DNA from: a virus
Strand: one strand, 5' to 3'
Length of the DNA: 64,000 nt
IMG/VR virus record: IMGVR_UViG_3300045988_094037
Of this stretch, positions 54,573-64,000 are shown piece after piece. The notes under the pieces were generated by a model. That model was not told where the DNA came from. It saw only the letters and a program-made list of their open reading frames with translations, and ran no database searches. The position numbers and the translations under genes are program-made. How positions within the stretch are numbered: the stretch's first letter is position 1; each line of letters starts with the position of its first letter.

Positions 54573-55982
54573 ATGACTAATGCTCAAATTATTTGGAAAT
54601 ACTTTAAAGGCAAAGGTTTTAGTGATTGCGGAATTGCCGGTTTAATGGGTAATCTTTATGCCGAAAGTGGACTTAATTCTATTAACTTATAGAACACCTA
54701 TGAAAAAAAATTAAAAATGACCGACGCAGGATATACCTCCGCAGTTGATGATGGAAGGTATAAAAACTTTGTAAAAGATGGAGCGGGATATGGATTGGCT
54801 CAATGGACATTTTGGAGTAGAAAACAAAATTTGCTTTAGTTCTGTCAAAGTCGAGGCAAATCCATTGGAGATTTAAATACTCAATTAGATTTTTTATATT
54901 AGGAGTTAATTACAAGTTTTTCTAGTTTAGTTAAAATTTTGATTTCTGCCACTTCTGTCACAGAAGCCTCTACCGCGGTATTACTCTAGTTTGAAAGACC
55001 TTCAGACTAGAGTTTTTCTATGCAACAAAAGAGGGCTAATTATGGTCAATAGTATTATAATAAATTTGCTAACATTTCAAATGTAATTGAAGGAGGTAAT
55101 AAAATGAAATATAGCGATAGCAATAAACCACTTCAATGTATGATGACAAATAGCACTTGCTATAAACAAACACGCACCATGCAAGTTAAAGGAATCTTAT
55201 GGCATAGTACTGGTGCAAATAATCCTAATTTAAAAAGATATGTATAGCCAAGCGATAATGATCCTAACTACACCAGTTTAATAAATAAATTAGGAAAAAA
55301 TACTAGCAAGAATGACTGGAATCATATATCTGTTCAAGCTGGATTAAACTGTTGGATTGGTAAATTGGCTGATGGAACAGTAACAACAGTATAGACAATG
55401 CCATGGAATTATCGTCCTTGGGGATGCGGTTCTGGGTCTAAAGGTTCTTGTAATAATGGATGGATTCAGTTTGAAATTTGCGAAGATGGATTAAATGATG
55501 CAAATTATTTTAACAAAATTTATGAAGAGGCTTGTCAAATTACTGCTTATTTATGTAAAATGTATAACATAAATCCATTGGGAACCACTACTTTAAATGG
55601 TATCACCGTTCCGACTATTTTATGTCATGCTGATAGTCACAAGCTAGGATTAGGATCTAATCATGCAGATGTAAACCATTGGTTTCCAAAATTTGGAAAA
55701 AGCATGGAAACCGCAAGAACAGATGTTTATAATTTAATGTCAAATATCTAGGAGGATGATGAAGATATGACTGACGAGAAATTCGCTGAACTTATGAATA
55801 CTTGGCTTACTAATAAAGCTAATGAAAAAGAAACTTGGGGCACCGATAATCTTGAATGGGCTAAAGCGAATGGGATTATGGCTGGAGACAGTGCTGGAAG
55901 AATGATGCCAAATAAATTCTGCACTAGATTAGAAACTGTAACTATGTTAAGAAGATTGGCTGAAAAGCTGGGTTTAAAATGA
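54573..55982 (+). CDS. multidomain endolysin read as one TAG-containing frame: lysozyme-like (PF18013-like) + N-acetylmuramoyl-L-alanine amidase (Amidase_2) + SLH domain; an internal RBS/ATG at 55104 could also express amidase-SLH alone
   Basis: GIAGLMGNLYAESG...GLAQW...FERPSDQ; amidase ILCHADSHKLG..SNHAD; SLH-like WGTDNLEWAKANGIMAGDSAGRMMPNKFCTRLETVTMLRRL. The frame from 54573 stays open to 55982 if TAG is sense (checked codon by codon). Confidence 0.5.
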
Positions 55983-56314
55983 AAAAATTAGAATTTTCCA
56001 AAAAACTTATAAATGATATTCGTATGTTATTATGGGTCGTGACTGTGTCAGGTATCCTTTTGGCATTTATGTGTGTTTATATGGGATATTTAGGAACCCT
56101 TCCATGGATTAGTGCTCTTGTTGGTCTACCATGGAGCGCCCACGGAGTAGTTTGTTCTTTTTATTTAGCAATGGCTAAATCAGATCACAAAAAAGGCGGC
56201 ATTACTTATGACCTAGCTTTAAAAGAAACTGAATTCAATTCTGCATATAACATCCCCGCAGAAGATTTTTCAGCCTCTAATGATATTCCCATTGATCTCG
56301 ATGGTCCTATTTAA
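55979..56314 (+). CDS. holin-like membrane protein (111 aa)
   Basis: Two or three TM segments directly after the endolysin; terminator at 56320-56362. Confidence 0.5.
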   Translation: MKKLEFSKKLINDIRMLLWVVTVSGILLAFMCVYMGYLGTLPWISALVGLPWSAHGVVCSFYLAMAKSDHKKGGITYDLALKETEFNSAYNIPAEDFSASNDIPIDLDGPI

Positions 56315-56440
56315 TATAAAGGCTTAATGAGTTAAATACTCATTAAGCCTTTATTTGTTTGTAGTTTGATTTTTCTTAAAATATATGATATTATATATTA
56401 AGAAAATAAAAAGAATAAAAATAAAGGAGCATTTGTATTT

Positions 56441-56905
56441 ATGACTATATATACTGATGGTTCTTGCTTAGGAAATCCCGGTCCAGGAGGTTTTGGGGTT
56501 ATAGTAGTTGATGATAATGGTATTGTTATAGCTGCTTATACAGAGCGTGAACCTAAAACTACTAATAATAGAATGGAAATGTCTGCTATAATTTATGCTC
56601 TTGAAAACTATGGAGCTAAAGATGGAGATTTCTTTGCCCCTATTGTTTATAGCGATTCCGCTTATTGTGTAAATAGTTTTACTTCATGGATTAAAGGATG
56701 GAAAGCTAATGGTTGGACAAGAGCTGGAGGTAAAAAGCTAGAAAATCTTGATTTAATTAAGACCTATGATATGTTAAGCAAAGACTATAGAATTGATTTA
56801 AGAAAAATCAAAGGTCATGACGGAGAGCTTTATAATGAACTAGCTGATGCATTAGCTACTGGAAGAATGACCTCAGAAGAAATTTTAAGAGAGTATGGTG
56901 AATAA
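56441..56905 (+). CDS. rnhA: ribonuclease H
   Basis: IYTDGSCLGNPGPGG and a full-length RNase HI-like protein. Confidence 0.75.
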   Translation: MTIYTDGSCLGNPGPGGFGVIVVDDNGIVIAAYTEREPKTTNNRMEMSAIIYALENYGAKDGDFFAPIVYSDSAYCVNSFTSWIKGWKANGWTRAGGKKLENLDLIKTYDMLSKDYRIDLRKIKGHDGELYNELADALATGRMTSEEILREYGE

Positions 56906-58795
56906 ATGTCAGATAAGTTATATAATGAAAAAAGTATTGAGTCATTAAGTCCTCTAGAATTTACTCGTTTAAGACCTGGGGTATATTGTGGAGATACATC
57001 AACTTCTACTCAATTAGTAGTAGAGATTGTATCAAACTCGGTAGATGAATTTAGATTGGGTCACGGTAATGAAATAGACGTACAAATTAATGGTGCCAGA
57101 GTGTCTGTCAGCGATCATGGTCAAGGATTTATTCCTAATTCTTTTAGAGAAGATGGGAAAACAATTTTGGAAGCCGCATTTAGTGTATTAAATACCAGTG
57201 GTAAATATAGAGAAGATGGAACTTATGAGGGAACTTCTCTTGGTAGTTTTGGTATTGGTAGCAAACTTGCAACTTATCTTAGTCATGAATTAACTGTGTG
57301 GACATATAGAGATGGAGAAGGAGAACAAGTAAGATTCAAAGAGGGCATTTTTGAATCTAGAGATTCTTGTAAGGTTGATAAAAATGTTCATGGAACTTCT
57401 GTTTTCTGGATTGCAAGTGAAGAGTTTTTTACTGATCCAAAGCCAGACGCAAAAGCATTAAACTCCTTATTTAAAACTATTGTATGTCTCTGTCCGGGGC
57501 TAACTATCAAACTAGATGATAATGGAAAAAAGACAGAGTTCTTCTCTAAGAATGGTCTTATGGATTTGTTAGATGAAGGCGTTAAGGGAAAAGAGATTCT
57601 GAAAAATCGTTTCTCAATTAATTTTTCCGAAGGTAAAAATAAGTTGGATTTAGCTCTAACTTACACAAATAACTACTCTTCTACGATTGTTCCATATGTA
57701 AATACTGGTTTAACAGAAGCAGGTCCGCATATTACGCAAATTAAAACCCTTTTAACAAGAGAATTTAATAAATTCTTCCGAGAAAAAGGGTGGCTAAAAG
57801 ATAAGGATGAAAATCTCTCTGGAGATGATTGCCAAGAAGGAATGTATCTTGTTTTTAATATTACAGCACCAAATATTGGATATGATGCTCAAGTAAAATC
57901 TCGTGTCACAAAACTAGATATGAAACCTTTTACACAAGCAATAGCAGAAGAGCTGCAATATTGGTTCACAACAAATGAAAAAGAAATTAAAAGTATCGCG
58001 GATAAAGCATTAAATGCTAGAAAAGCAAGAGAGGCAGCTCGTAAAGCAAGAGAGGCAGCAAGAGGAATAAAGACAAAGAAAGAAACCGGATTAAAGGCAA
58101 AAATGAAACTTAGTAATAAGTTTATTGATTGCGGAAATCGTAGTCCTAAAGATCGTAATCTCTTGCTTGTTGAGGGACTATCAGCAGGAGCTTCCGCAGT
58201 AGAAGCACGAAATCCTAAAACTGATTGCATTTATATGTTGCGAGGAAAGATTATCAGCCCATTAAAGACTGCTATTGATAAGCTGCTTTCTAACCAAGAA
58301 ATGTCTGATATTATTAGGATCCTTGGTGGAGGTTTTGGTAAAGATTTTGATATTAGTAAATTGACCGTTGATAAAGTTGTAATCACGGCCGATGCAGATA
58401 GTGATGGTGCAGATATTGAATTAATGCTTATTACTTTCTTCTATACATATATGCGTCCTCTTATTGAAGCTGGTAAGTTATATAGAGCTGTAACTCCATT
58501 ATATATTATTCGACAAAAAGGAAAAGAGTATTACTGTTATAGTGACAATGAACTTGAAGAGTGGAAAAAGAATCATAGCGGCAGTTATGATTTACTTAGA
58601 GCTAAGGGATTGGGAGAATTAAATCCAGAGGATCTGCAAAAAGTATGTTTTATGAATGAAAGATATAAACGCATTACTATTAGTGATGCCAAAGCTACCA
58701 CAGAATTGCTCGAAATTTTGATGGGAAGCGCAGTTGAACCCCGCAAGCAATATATCTATGATAATGCAGAAGAATTAGGATTTAATTTTGAATGA
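56906..58795 (+). CDS. type II DNA topoisomerase, ATPase/TOPRIM subunit (GyrB / T4 gp39-like)
   Basis: GHKL motif EIVSNSVDE; TOPRIM LVEGLSAGASA. Confidence 0.7.
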   Translation: MSDKLYNEKSIESLSPLEFTRLRPGVYCGDTSTSTQLVVEIVSNSVDEFRLGHGNEIDVQINGARVSVSDHGQGFIPNSFREDGKTILEAAFSVLNTSGKYREDGTYEGTSLGSFGIGSKLATYLSHELTVWTYRDGEGEQVRFKEGIFESRDSCKVDKNVHGTSVFWIASEEFFTDPKPDAKALNSLFKTIVCLCPGLTIKLDDNGKKTEFFSKNGLMDLLDEGVKGKEILKNRFSINFSEGKNKLDLALTYTNNYSSTIVPYVNTGLTEAGPHITQIKTLLTREFNKFFREKGWLKDKDENLSGDDCQEGMYLVFNITAPNIGYDAQVKSRVTKLDMKPFTQAIAEELQYWFTTNEKEIKSIADKALNARKAREAARKAREAARGIKTKKETGLKAKMKLSNKFIDCGNRSPKDRNLLLVEGLSAGASAVEARNPKTDCIYMLRGKIISPLKTAIDKLLSNQEMSDIIRILGGGFGKDFDISKLTVDKVVITADADSDGADIELMLITFFYTYMRPLIEAGKLYRAVTPLYIIRQKGKEYYCYSDNELEEWKKNHSGSYDLLRAKGLGELNPEDLQKVCFMNERYKRITISDAKATTELLEILMGSAVEPRKQYIYDNAEELGFNFE

Positions 58796-58807
58796 GGAAG
58801 TGTATAA

Positions 58808-61174
58808 ATGAGTAGTTTAATTACAGAAGTAGATATTCTTGATGAAGCAAAAAACACATTCTTAACATATGCAGAAGAGGTTTTAACTGATAGAGCCATT
58901 CCTGCGGCGGAGGATGGGCTGTTAAGCGCGCAAAGAAAAATCATTTGGACTATGGAAGATTATTTAAAGATGAATAATAAGAGTAAGACCAAAAAGTGTA
59001 ATGCTATTGTTGGTTCTACTCTAGCCACCTCTTACTTTCATGGCGATATTGCTTGCTATGGTGTTCTTCGAAAGATGGCGCAACCATTTTTAATGCGTTA
59101 TCCTCTTATTACAGGACAAGGACAATTAGGAACTCAAGAAAATAATGATATGTTTTCTTCTTCTCGTTATACAGAGGCAAAACCTTCACTATTTGCTGAT
59201 ATAATGATGAATGATTACAAGAAAAATGTAGTTCCAATTAAAGAAACATATAATGGAGAATTTATGGAGCCAGTGATTTTACCAGCCCTTTTTCCAAATG
59301 CTATTTGCAATGGAAGACAAGCCATTGGTATTTCCATGGCCCATAATAGCGCTCCACATAATTTAACAGAAGTATGTAATGCAGCAATTGCTCTAATTCA
59401 AAAAGGCTCGCTCACTATTGATGAATTACTAACCTATATTCCTGGCCCAGATTTCCCTCTTGGCGGAACTGTTCTAAATATCAAGGATGTAAAGAGCGCG
59501 TTTAAAACGGGAAAATCCACAATCTCTTTGAAAATTCAAGGCGACTATGAGATTGATGGGCAAAAAATTATCTTTACAAGTATTCCTTATAGAACCTATC
59601 GAAATAAAATAAAAGAGCAAATAGAGAAGAATATTGAAACATTAAGTGAGATTATTGAAGATTTTGATGATGAATCAAATATCGGTAATAATAGGCTTGT
59701 ATTTTATGTAAAAGATGGTGTTTCTGTATCTAAAGCATTAAATCAATTATTTGTATTAACTGACTTACAATCTTCTATTTCTTATAATATGAATTATATT
59801 GTAAATGGAACTCCTAGACTTTGCTCAATGATAGATTTATTACAGATTTATGTCAGCCATCAGGAAGATGTATTAATTAAAGCAACTCAGTTTGATAAGG
59901 AAAAAGCTGAGGCCCGCAAACATATTCTTGAGGGATTGATCGCTGCTGTTGACAAAATTGATGAAGTTATCAAAATTATTAAAAGTGCAAATAACACTAA
60001 TGAAGCAAAGAAAGAACTAATTGCTTTCTTAGATGTAGATGATATTCAAGCTAAAGCTATTTTAGATATGAAACTTGGCAAATTAACTCGCATTGATAAA
60101 CAAGAGTTAGTTGATGAGCTAAACGAAAAAATAGAATTTATAGCTAAGTGTAATGAGTTGTTAAATAATAAAGAAGTAAGGAATAATAAGTTAATTAAAC
60201 TTATTACCGAACTTAAAGATACATATGGAGATGCTCGCCGCACAAAACTTATTAATACAGAAATCCCTAAACAAGAGAAAGAACAAGTAGTTGTAGAGCC
60301 AGAAGATTGCGTTGTTATTATTTCTAGTAAAGGCACAGTAAAAAGAATTGCGAAAAAAGCCTTTAAACCTCAAAAAAGAAATACTACTGGAATGAAAATT
60401 AATGACATTATAGCATTTTCTTCTGCTACAAATACACAAGATACTTTGATGATATTTTCATCAAAAGGAAAGATGTATAGACTGCTCGTGGATAATATTC
60501 CAGAAGGAAATAACAATTCTATTGGCGTACCCTTATCTACTTTGATTACTTTTGAAGATAATGAAACTCCTATGGCATATACTACTTTAACAAGAGATAC
60601 AAATAAGAAGTTTATATTCTTTGCTACTAAAAAAGGAATAGTCAAAAAAGTTCCTCTGGAAGAATATGACGCAATGAAGAGAACTGGAATTGTATCAATT
60701 AAGTTAAAAGATGGTGATGAACTCGCCGCAGTAACTTTTATAAATCAAGAGGAAATGATACTTGTTACTAAAAATGGAATGACTATAAGATTTAATACCG
60801 CGGAAATGCCAATTTCTTCTAGAACCGCGCAAGGAGTAAAAGGAATGAATATATCCGATGATGATAGTATTATCGCTGCATTACCAATAAGCAATAATGC
60901 AGATTACCTTGCTATTATTTCAGAAGATGGTCTTGGAAAGAAAATTGAGCTAAAAGAGTTTAATAAACAAAACCGCGGTGGCAAAGGAGTATCATGTTAC
61001 AAAGGAACAGTTGTCGGAGCAGAATTGGTGTCTGATGATAATGATATTTTAATTTCTGGTAATAAGAGTTCTATTGTCGTTAGTGTAAAAGATTTTCCCA
61101 AGCTATCAAGAATTTCTATGGGAAATATAATGATAAAAAATAATGATAAGATTATTTCAGTAGCCAAGATTTAA
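58808..61174 (+). CDS. type II DNA topoisomerase, DNA breakage-reunion subunit (GyrA / T4 gp52-like)
   Basis: AIPAAEDGLLSAQRKII and the active-site region SSSRYTEAK. Confidence 0.65.
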   Translation: MSSLITEVDILDEAKNTFLTYAEEVLTDRAIPAAEDGLLSAQRKIIWTMEDYLKMNNKSKTKKCNAIVGSTLATSYFHGDIACYGVLRKMAQPFLMRYPLITGQGQLGTQENNDMFSSSRYTEAKPSLFADIMMNDYKKNVVPIKETYNGEFMEPVILPALFPNAICNGRQAIGISMAHNSAPHNLTEVCNAAIALIQKGSLTIDELLTYIPGPDFPLGGTVLNIKDVKSAFKTGKSTISLKIQGDYEIDGQKIIFTSIPYRTYRNKIKEQIEKNIETLSEIIEDFDDESNIGNNRLVFYVKDGVSVSKALNQLFVLTDLQSSISYNMNYIVNGTPRLCSMIDLLQIYVSHQEDVLIKATQFDKEKAEARKHILEGLIAAVDKIDEVIKIIKSANNTNEAKKELIAFLDVDDIQAKAILDMKLGKLTRIDKQELVDELNEKIEFIAKCNELLNNKEVRNNKLIKLITELKDTYGDARRTKLINTEIPKQEKEQVVVEPEDCVVIISSKGTVKRIAKKAFKPQKRNTTGMKINDIIAFSSATNTQDTLMIFSSKGKMYRLLVDNIPEGNNNSIGVPLSTLITFEDNETPMAYTTLTRDTNKKFIFFATKKGIVKKVPLEEYDAMKRTGIVSIKLKDGDELAAVTFINQEEMILVTKNGMTIRFNTAEMPISSRTAQGVKGMNISDDDSIIAALPISNNADYLAIISEDGLGKKIELKEFNKQNRGGKGVSCYKGTVVGAELVSDDNDILISGNKSSIVVSVKDFPKLSRISMGNIMIKNNDKIISVAKI

Positions 61175-61177
61175 AGA

Positions 61178-61208
61178 TAAGAGTGGTAAAACCACTCTTA
61201 TCTTTAGT
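61178..61208 (+). terminator. rho-independent terminator
   Basis: aagagtggtaaaaccactctt followed by ATCTTT. Confidence 0.55.
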
Positions 61209-61255
61209 TGATTTTTCTTTTTTATTATTATAATATATTTATATAAAGAGAAAAA

Positions 61256-61462
61256 ATGAGGTTTTATATGATTGATAAATTAAAAAATTCTACTCTTATT
61301 AAATTCATACTAGTTGACATTCTTCTTGTCTTCGTTTTAGCTATGACAATATTTTTACCAATCATCTTATGTTTTACTGTTAGTCCTTGGTTTTTATTTT
61401 TATATGCCATTCCTATAGGAATTTACTTTGGATATAAAGAATATAAGGAGTTTGATAAATAA
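61256..61462 (+). CDS. small membrane protein (68 aa)
   Basis: Two TM segments. Confidence 0.45.
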   Translation: MRFYMIDKLKNSTLIKFILVDILLVFVLAMTIFLPIILCFTVSPWFLFLYAIPIGIYFGYKEYKEFDK

Positions 61463-62568
61463 TGTATCCTGAAGCTAAAATGATAGATGCTATGAAGGTG
61501 TGGAAATTACCTGCTGGTAAAGAATCTATGCTTTCTGAAATGTGCCAATCTGGAGATTATTTTCTCGAAGAAAAAATTGATGGATATTGGTATGAGTTTG
61601 AAAAGACAGATAACTACAGTTATCTATTTTCTCGTAATACAAGTACAACAACTGGATTACTCTCTGAAAAAGGTGCAAATGTGCCTCATATTATTGAAGC
61701 CTTAAATTGTATGCCATCAAATACAATTTTAATTGGTGAGATTTATTATCCTGGAGGGACATCTAAAACAGTAACAAGCATAATGGGATGCCTACCAGAT
61801 TTAGCTATCAAAAGGCAAAAAGATAATCCTATTCATTATTATATACATGATATAATTGAATATGATAATATTAATTTAGTAAATGTCGGTGCAGAAGATA
61901 GATATAAAATCCTTGCGGCAGTATGGGAAAAACATAATTTATCACAATATAGTTTCTTGCGGCTAGCAGTAAAAGTAGACACTAATCTTGAAGAAGAAAT
62001 CTCTCGAATCTTGAAAAGTGGCGGCGAAGGCGCGGTTTTAAAGAAAAGGGATTATCCTTATACTCCTGGAAAACGTCCCGCTTGGTCTACAATTAAAATT
62101 AAACAGATGGATTCTATTGATTTAATCTGCATAGGTTTTTGTCCTCCAACAAAAGAATATACAGGAAAAGAGATAGATACATGGGAGTATTGGGCTATTG
62201 AAAAACAAGGCGAGAATGGAGTATGGGTAGAACAAGAAAAAATAAATTCCTATAAAGCAATTAGATCTCCCGATTATAGAACAATCCCTATTAGTAGATA
62301 CTATTTCTATGGATGGAATACAGCAATTAAAGTTGGCGCTTATGATAATCAAGGCGAACTAATAGAATTAGGTACGGTTAGTTCTGGTCTAACTGATGAC
62401 ATGAAGCGCGATATGACTGAAAATCCGCAGAACTATCTTAATAAAGTTGTTTCTCTTGATTGCATGTCTATTGATAAAAAAGAACATACATTAAGACACC
62501 CAGTATTAAAGTTGTGGAGAGAAGATAAAGACACAAAAGATTGTATTATAGATGAAATTTTCTCATAA
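61462..62568 (+). CDS. ATP-dependent DNA ligase
   Basis: Motif I KIDGYW; EGAVLKK motif; the C-terminus is typical of phage ligases. Confidence 0.7.
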   Translation: MYPEAKMIDAMKVWKLPAGKESMLSEMCQSGDYFLEEKIDGYWYEFEKTDNYSYLFSRNTSTTTGLLSEKGANVPHIIEALNCMPSNTILIGEIYYPGGTSKTVTSIMGCLPDLAIKRQKDNPIHYYIHDIIEYDNINLVNVGAEDRYKILAAVWEKHNLSQYSFLRLAVKVDTNLEEEISRILKSGGEGAVLKKRDYPYTPGKRPAWSTIKIKQMDSIDLICIGFCPPTKEYTGKEIDTWEYWAIEKQGENGVWVEQEKINSYKAIRSPDYRTIPISRYYFYGWNTAIKVGAYDNQGELIELGTVSSGLTDDMKRDMTENPQNYLNKVVSLDCMSIDKKEHTLRHPVLKLWREDKDTKDCIIDEIFS

Positions 62569-62666
62569 AATCTAACTTTGCTGAGATATTTACCTAAAAT
62601 TCTTGACTTAAAAAAATATTTTAGATATAATATATATGTAATTCAGGGATAAAGGATAGAAATTAT

Positions 62667-62870
62667 ATGACCCGAAAATAGATGAAAAAGCTCGCTCAAG
62701 AACTTTATAAATGTGAGCAAATTCACCAAAATGAAACTTCCTCAAAGGAAGAAAAATCCCGAGCCGATAATCGAATTATGCAGATTACCAATCAAATTAT
62801 GTCATTAAGCGACGGGATAAATATTATGCTAGAAATTGACACTATGGTTCAAGATTTAGCAACAAATTAA
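62667..62870 (+). CDS. hypothetical protein (67 aa), one in-frame TAG
   Basis: ATG with AAAGGA 9 nt upstream; the track ORF starts at the second ATG, 62682. Confidence 0.35.
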
Positions 62871-62907
62871 ATTAAAATAAATTTATTATTAAAGGAGAAT
62901 GTCTACT

Positions 62908-63174
62908 ATGGCAGCTATGAAAGAAAATACTCGTAAGGTTTTAGATTATTTAAAGGAGCATAATGGTGAAAATTTAACAGCGGCAGATGTTGCTGAAGCT
63001 CTTGGACTTGAGAAGCGTCAAGTTGATGGTATTTTTACTTCTGCTTTCCAACGCAAGGGACTTGGAGAGCGCGTTCCTGATGAGGTAACTCTTGAAGATG
63101 GTTCTCATCAGAAGGTAAAGTATCTCCATTTAACTCAAAGCGGGCTAGATCTCGACCCAGACGCTCAAGAGTAA
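62908..63174 (+). CDS. winged-helix DNA-binding protein (88 aa)
   Basis: LTAADVAEALGLEKRQVDGIF; AAAGGAGA RBS. Confidence 0.5.
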   Translation: MAAMKENTRKVLDYLKEHNGENLTAADVAEALGLEKRQVDGIFTSAFQRKGLGERVPDEVTLEDGSHQKVKYLHLTQSGLDLDPDAQE

Positions 63175-63180
63175 TTTTGT

Positions 63181-63212
63181 TCGGGGAGAGGTTAACTCTC
63201 CCCGAATTTTTT
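63181..63212 (+). terminator. rho-independent terminator
   Basis: cggggagaggttaactctccccg followed by AATTTTTT. Confidence 0.6.
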
Positions 63213-63216
63213 AAAT

Positions 63217-64000
63217 ATGATTATAGGGTTATTATTAATTACTATAATCGGGTTAATAATTTATATCTATTATCTCAAGAAACAAGAGCATCAAATAATT
63301 GAAGTTAATATAGATAATTAGAGGAAAAACTCAGAGATAGAATAGGAAATAAAACATAATAGAGAAGTATTATCTAATATAAAAGAAAATATATACTCTG
63401 AAAATGAAATTCTTTCTTCTCTAGTAAAATCTTAGGAAGAAATGCGGGAAAATGCACAAAAGCAAGCTGATGAGGCATACTAGATTCGCATTTCCGCACT
63501 TTTAAAATCCTATGAAGAAAAAGAAAATGAGCTTACTATGACTTTTGATGCTAAAAGTCAAGATTTATCAAATAAAATTTCTATCGAATCCAGTAAATTA
63601 GCGGATTTACAAGCTAAACAACTTGCTTATATTTAGGCTCAACAAAGATAGGAAGAGATTGACTCTAATCAAGATTACTATCGTTTAGCTCTTGATGAAA
63701 TTGATATAAATGATATTACATTATTGCGTGAGTTGCAACCTAGATTTGTCAAAAAAGAAAGCATAGATAAGTTAATATGGGAAGTGTATTATAAACCAGC
63801 TTATGATATATTAACAGCTCGGTTATTCCCAAAAGCAATTAAATATTGTGGGATTTATAGGATAACTGATTTGACCACTGGGAAATCCTATATAGGATAG
63901 TCAGTTGATATAAAAGAACGTTTTAGACAACATATTAAATCTGCTTTAACTTACGGAAAAGCAACCAATAAACTATATTCTACCATGTAGAAATCTGGAG
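63217..64000 (+). CDS. partial gene (runs off the window): TM + coiled-coil + C-terminal GIY-YIG nuclease domain, at least 9 in-frame TAG
   Basis: C-terminal GIYRITDLTTGKSYIG(Q)SVDIKERFRQHIK, with TAG at the conserved Gln of YIGQS. Confidence 0.5.

Overview
This 64 kb window reads as part of a large virulent phage genome. Strong Shine-Dalgarno sites, sigma-A-type promoters and an SLH-domain endolysin suggest a host with an S-layer among the Firmicutes (inference). Nearly all genes are on the + strand. Roughly, the layout is: early small genes behind a reiterated promoter/RBS cassette (0-12.7 kb); a dense tRNA/ncRNA array of about 33 tRNA genes plus a tmRNA and several tRNA-like or stem-closed structured elements (12.8-25.1 kb); tail-fibre paralogues (25.3-30.1 kb); a TROVE-like/vWA protein next to a Major-Vault-Protein-like protein (32.4-37.0 kb); then RNA-repair, NAD-salvage, lysis and DNA-metabolism genes (37-64 kb). 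Many genes are only intact if TAG is translated: in-frame TAG falls at conserved Gln positions (UDG; 'YIGQT' and 'YIGQS' in two GIY-YIG domains), and one tRNA with a CUA anticodon is encoded at 31263-31338. I read this as amber-to-Gln recoding. The strongest candidates for a previously undescribed system are (i) the putative vault/Ro-like RNP module (Sm-like protein, TROVE-like+vWA protein, MVP-like protein) together with (ii) five covarying stem-closed elements sharing a CATACAGCAAAT motif, two of which embed tRNA-like domains and could be Y-RNA/vault-RNA-like ncRNAs. Other notable items: a phage tmRNA whose 5' end overlaps the end of a homing-endonuclease ORF, a tRNA-Asp split by a 468-nt ORF-containing insertion, an RNA-repair set (RNA ligase, Thg1-like, PNK, phosphatases), and a possible NAD reconstitution module. 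All coordinates were mapped by hand without tools; CDS taken from the ORF track are exact, while hand-mapped RNA and motif coordinates may be off by 1-2 nt. Products without a recognised motif are called hypothetical.
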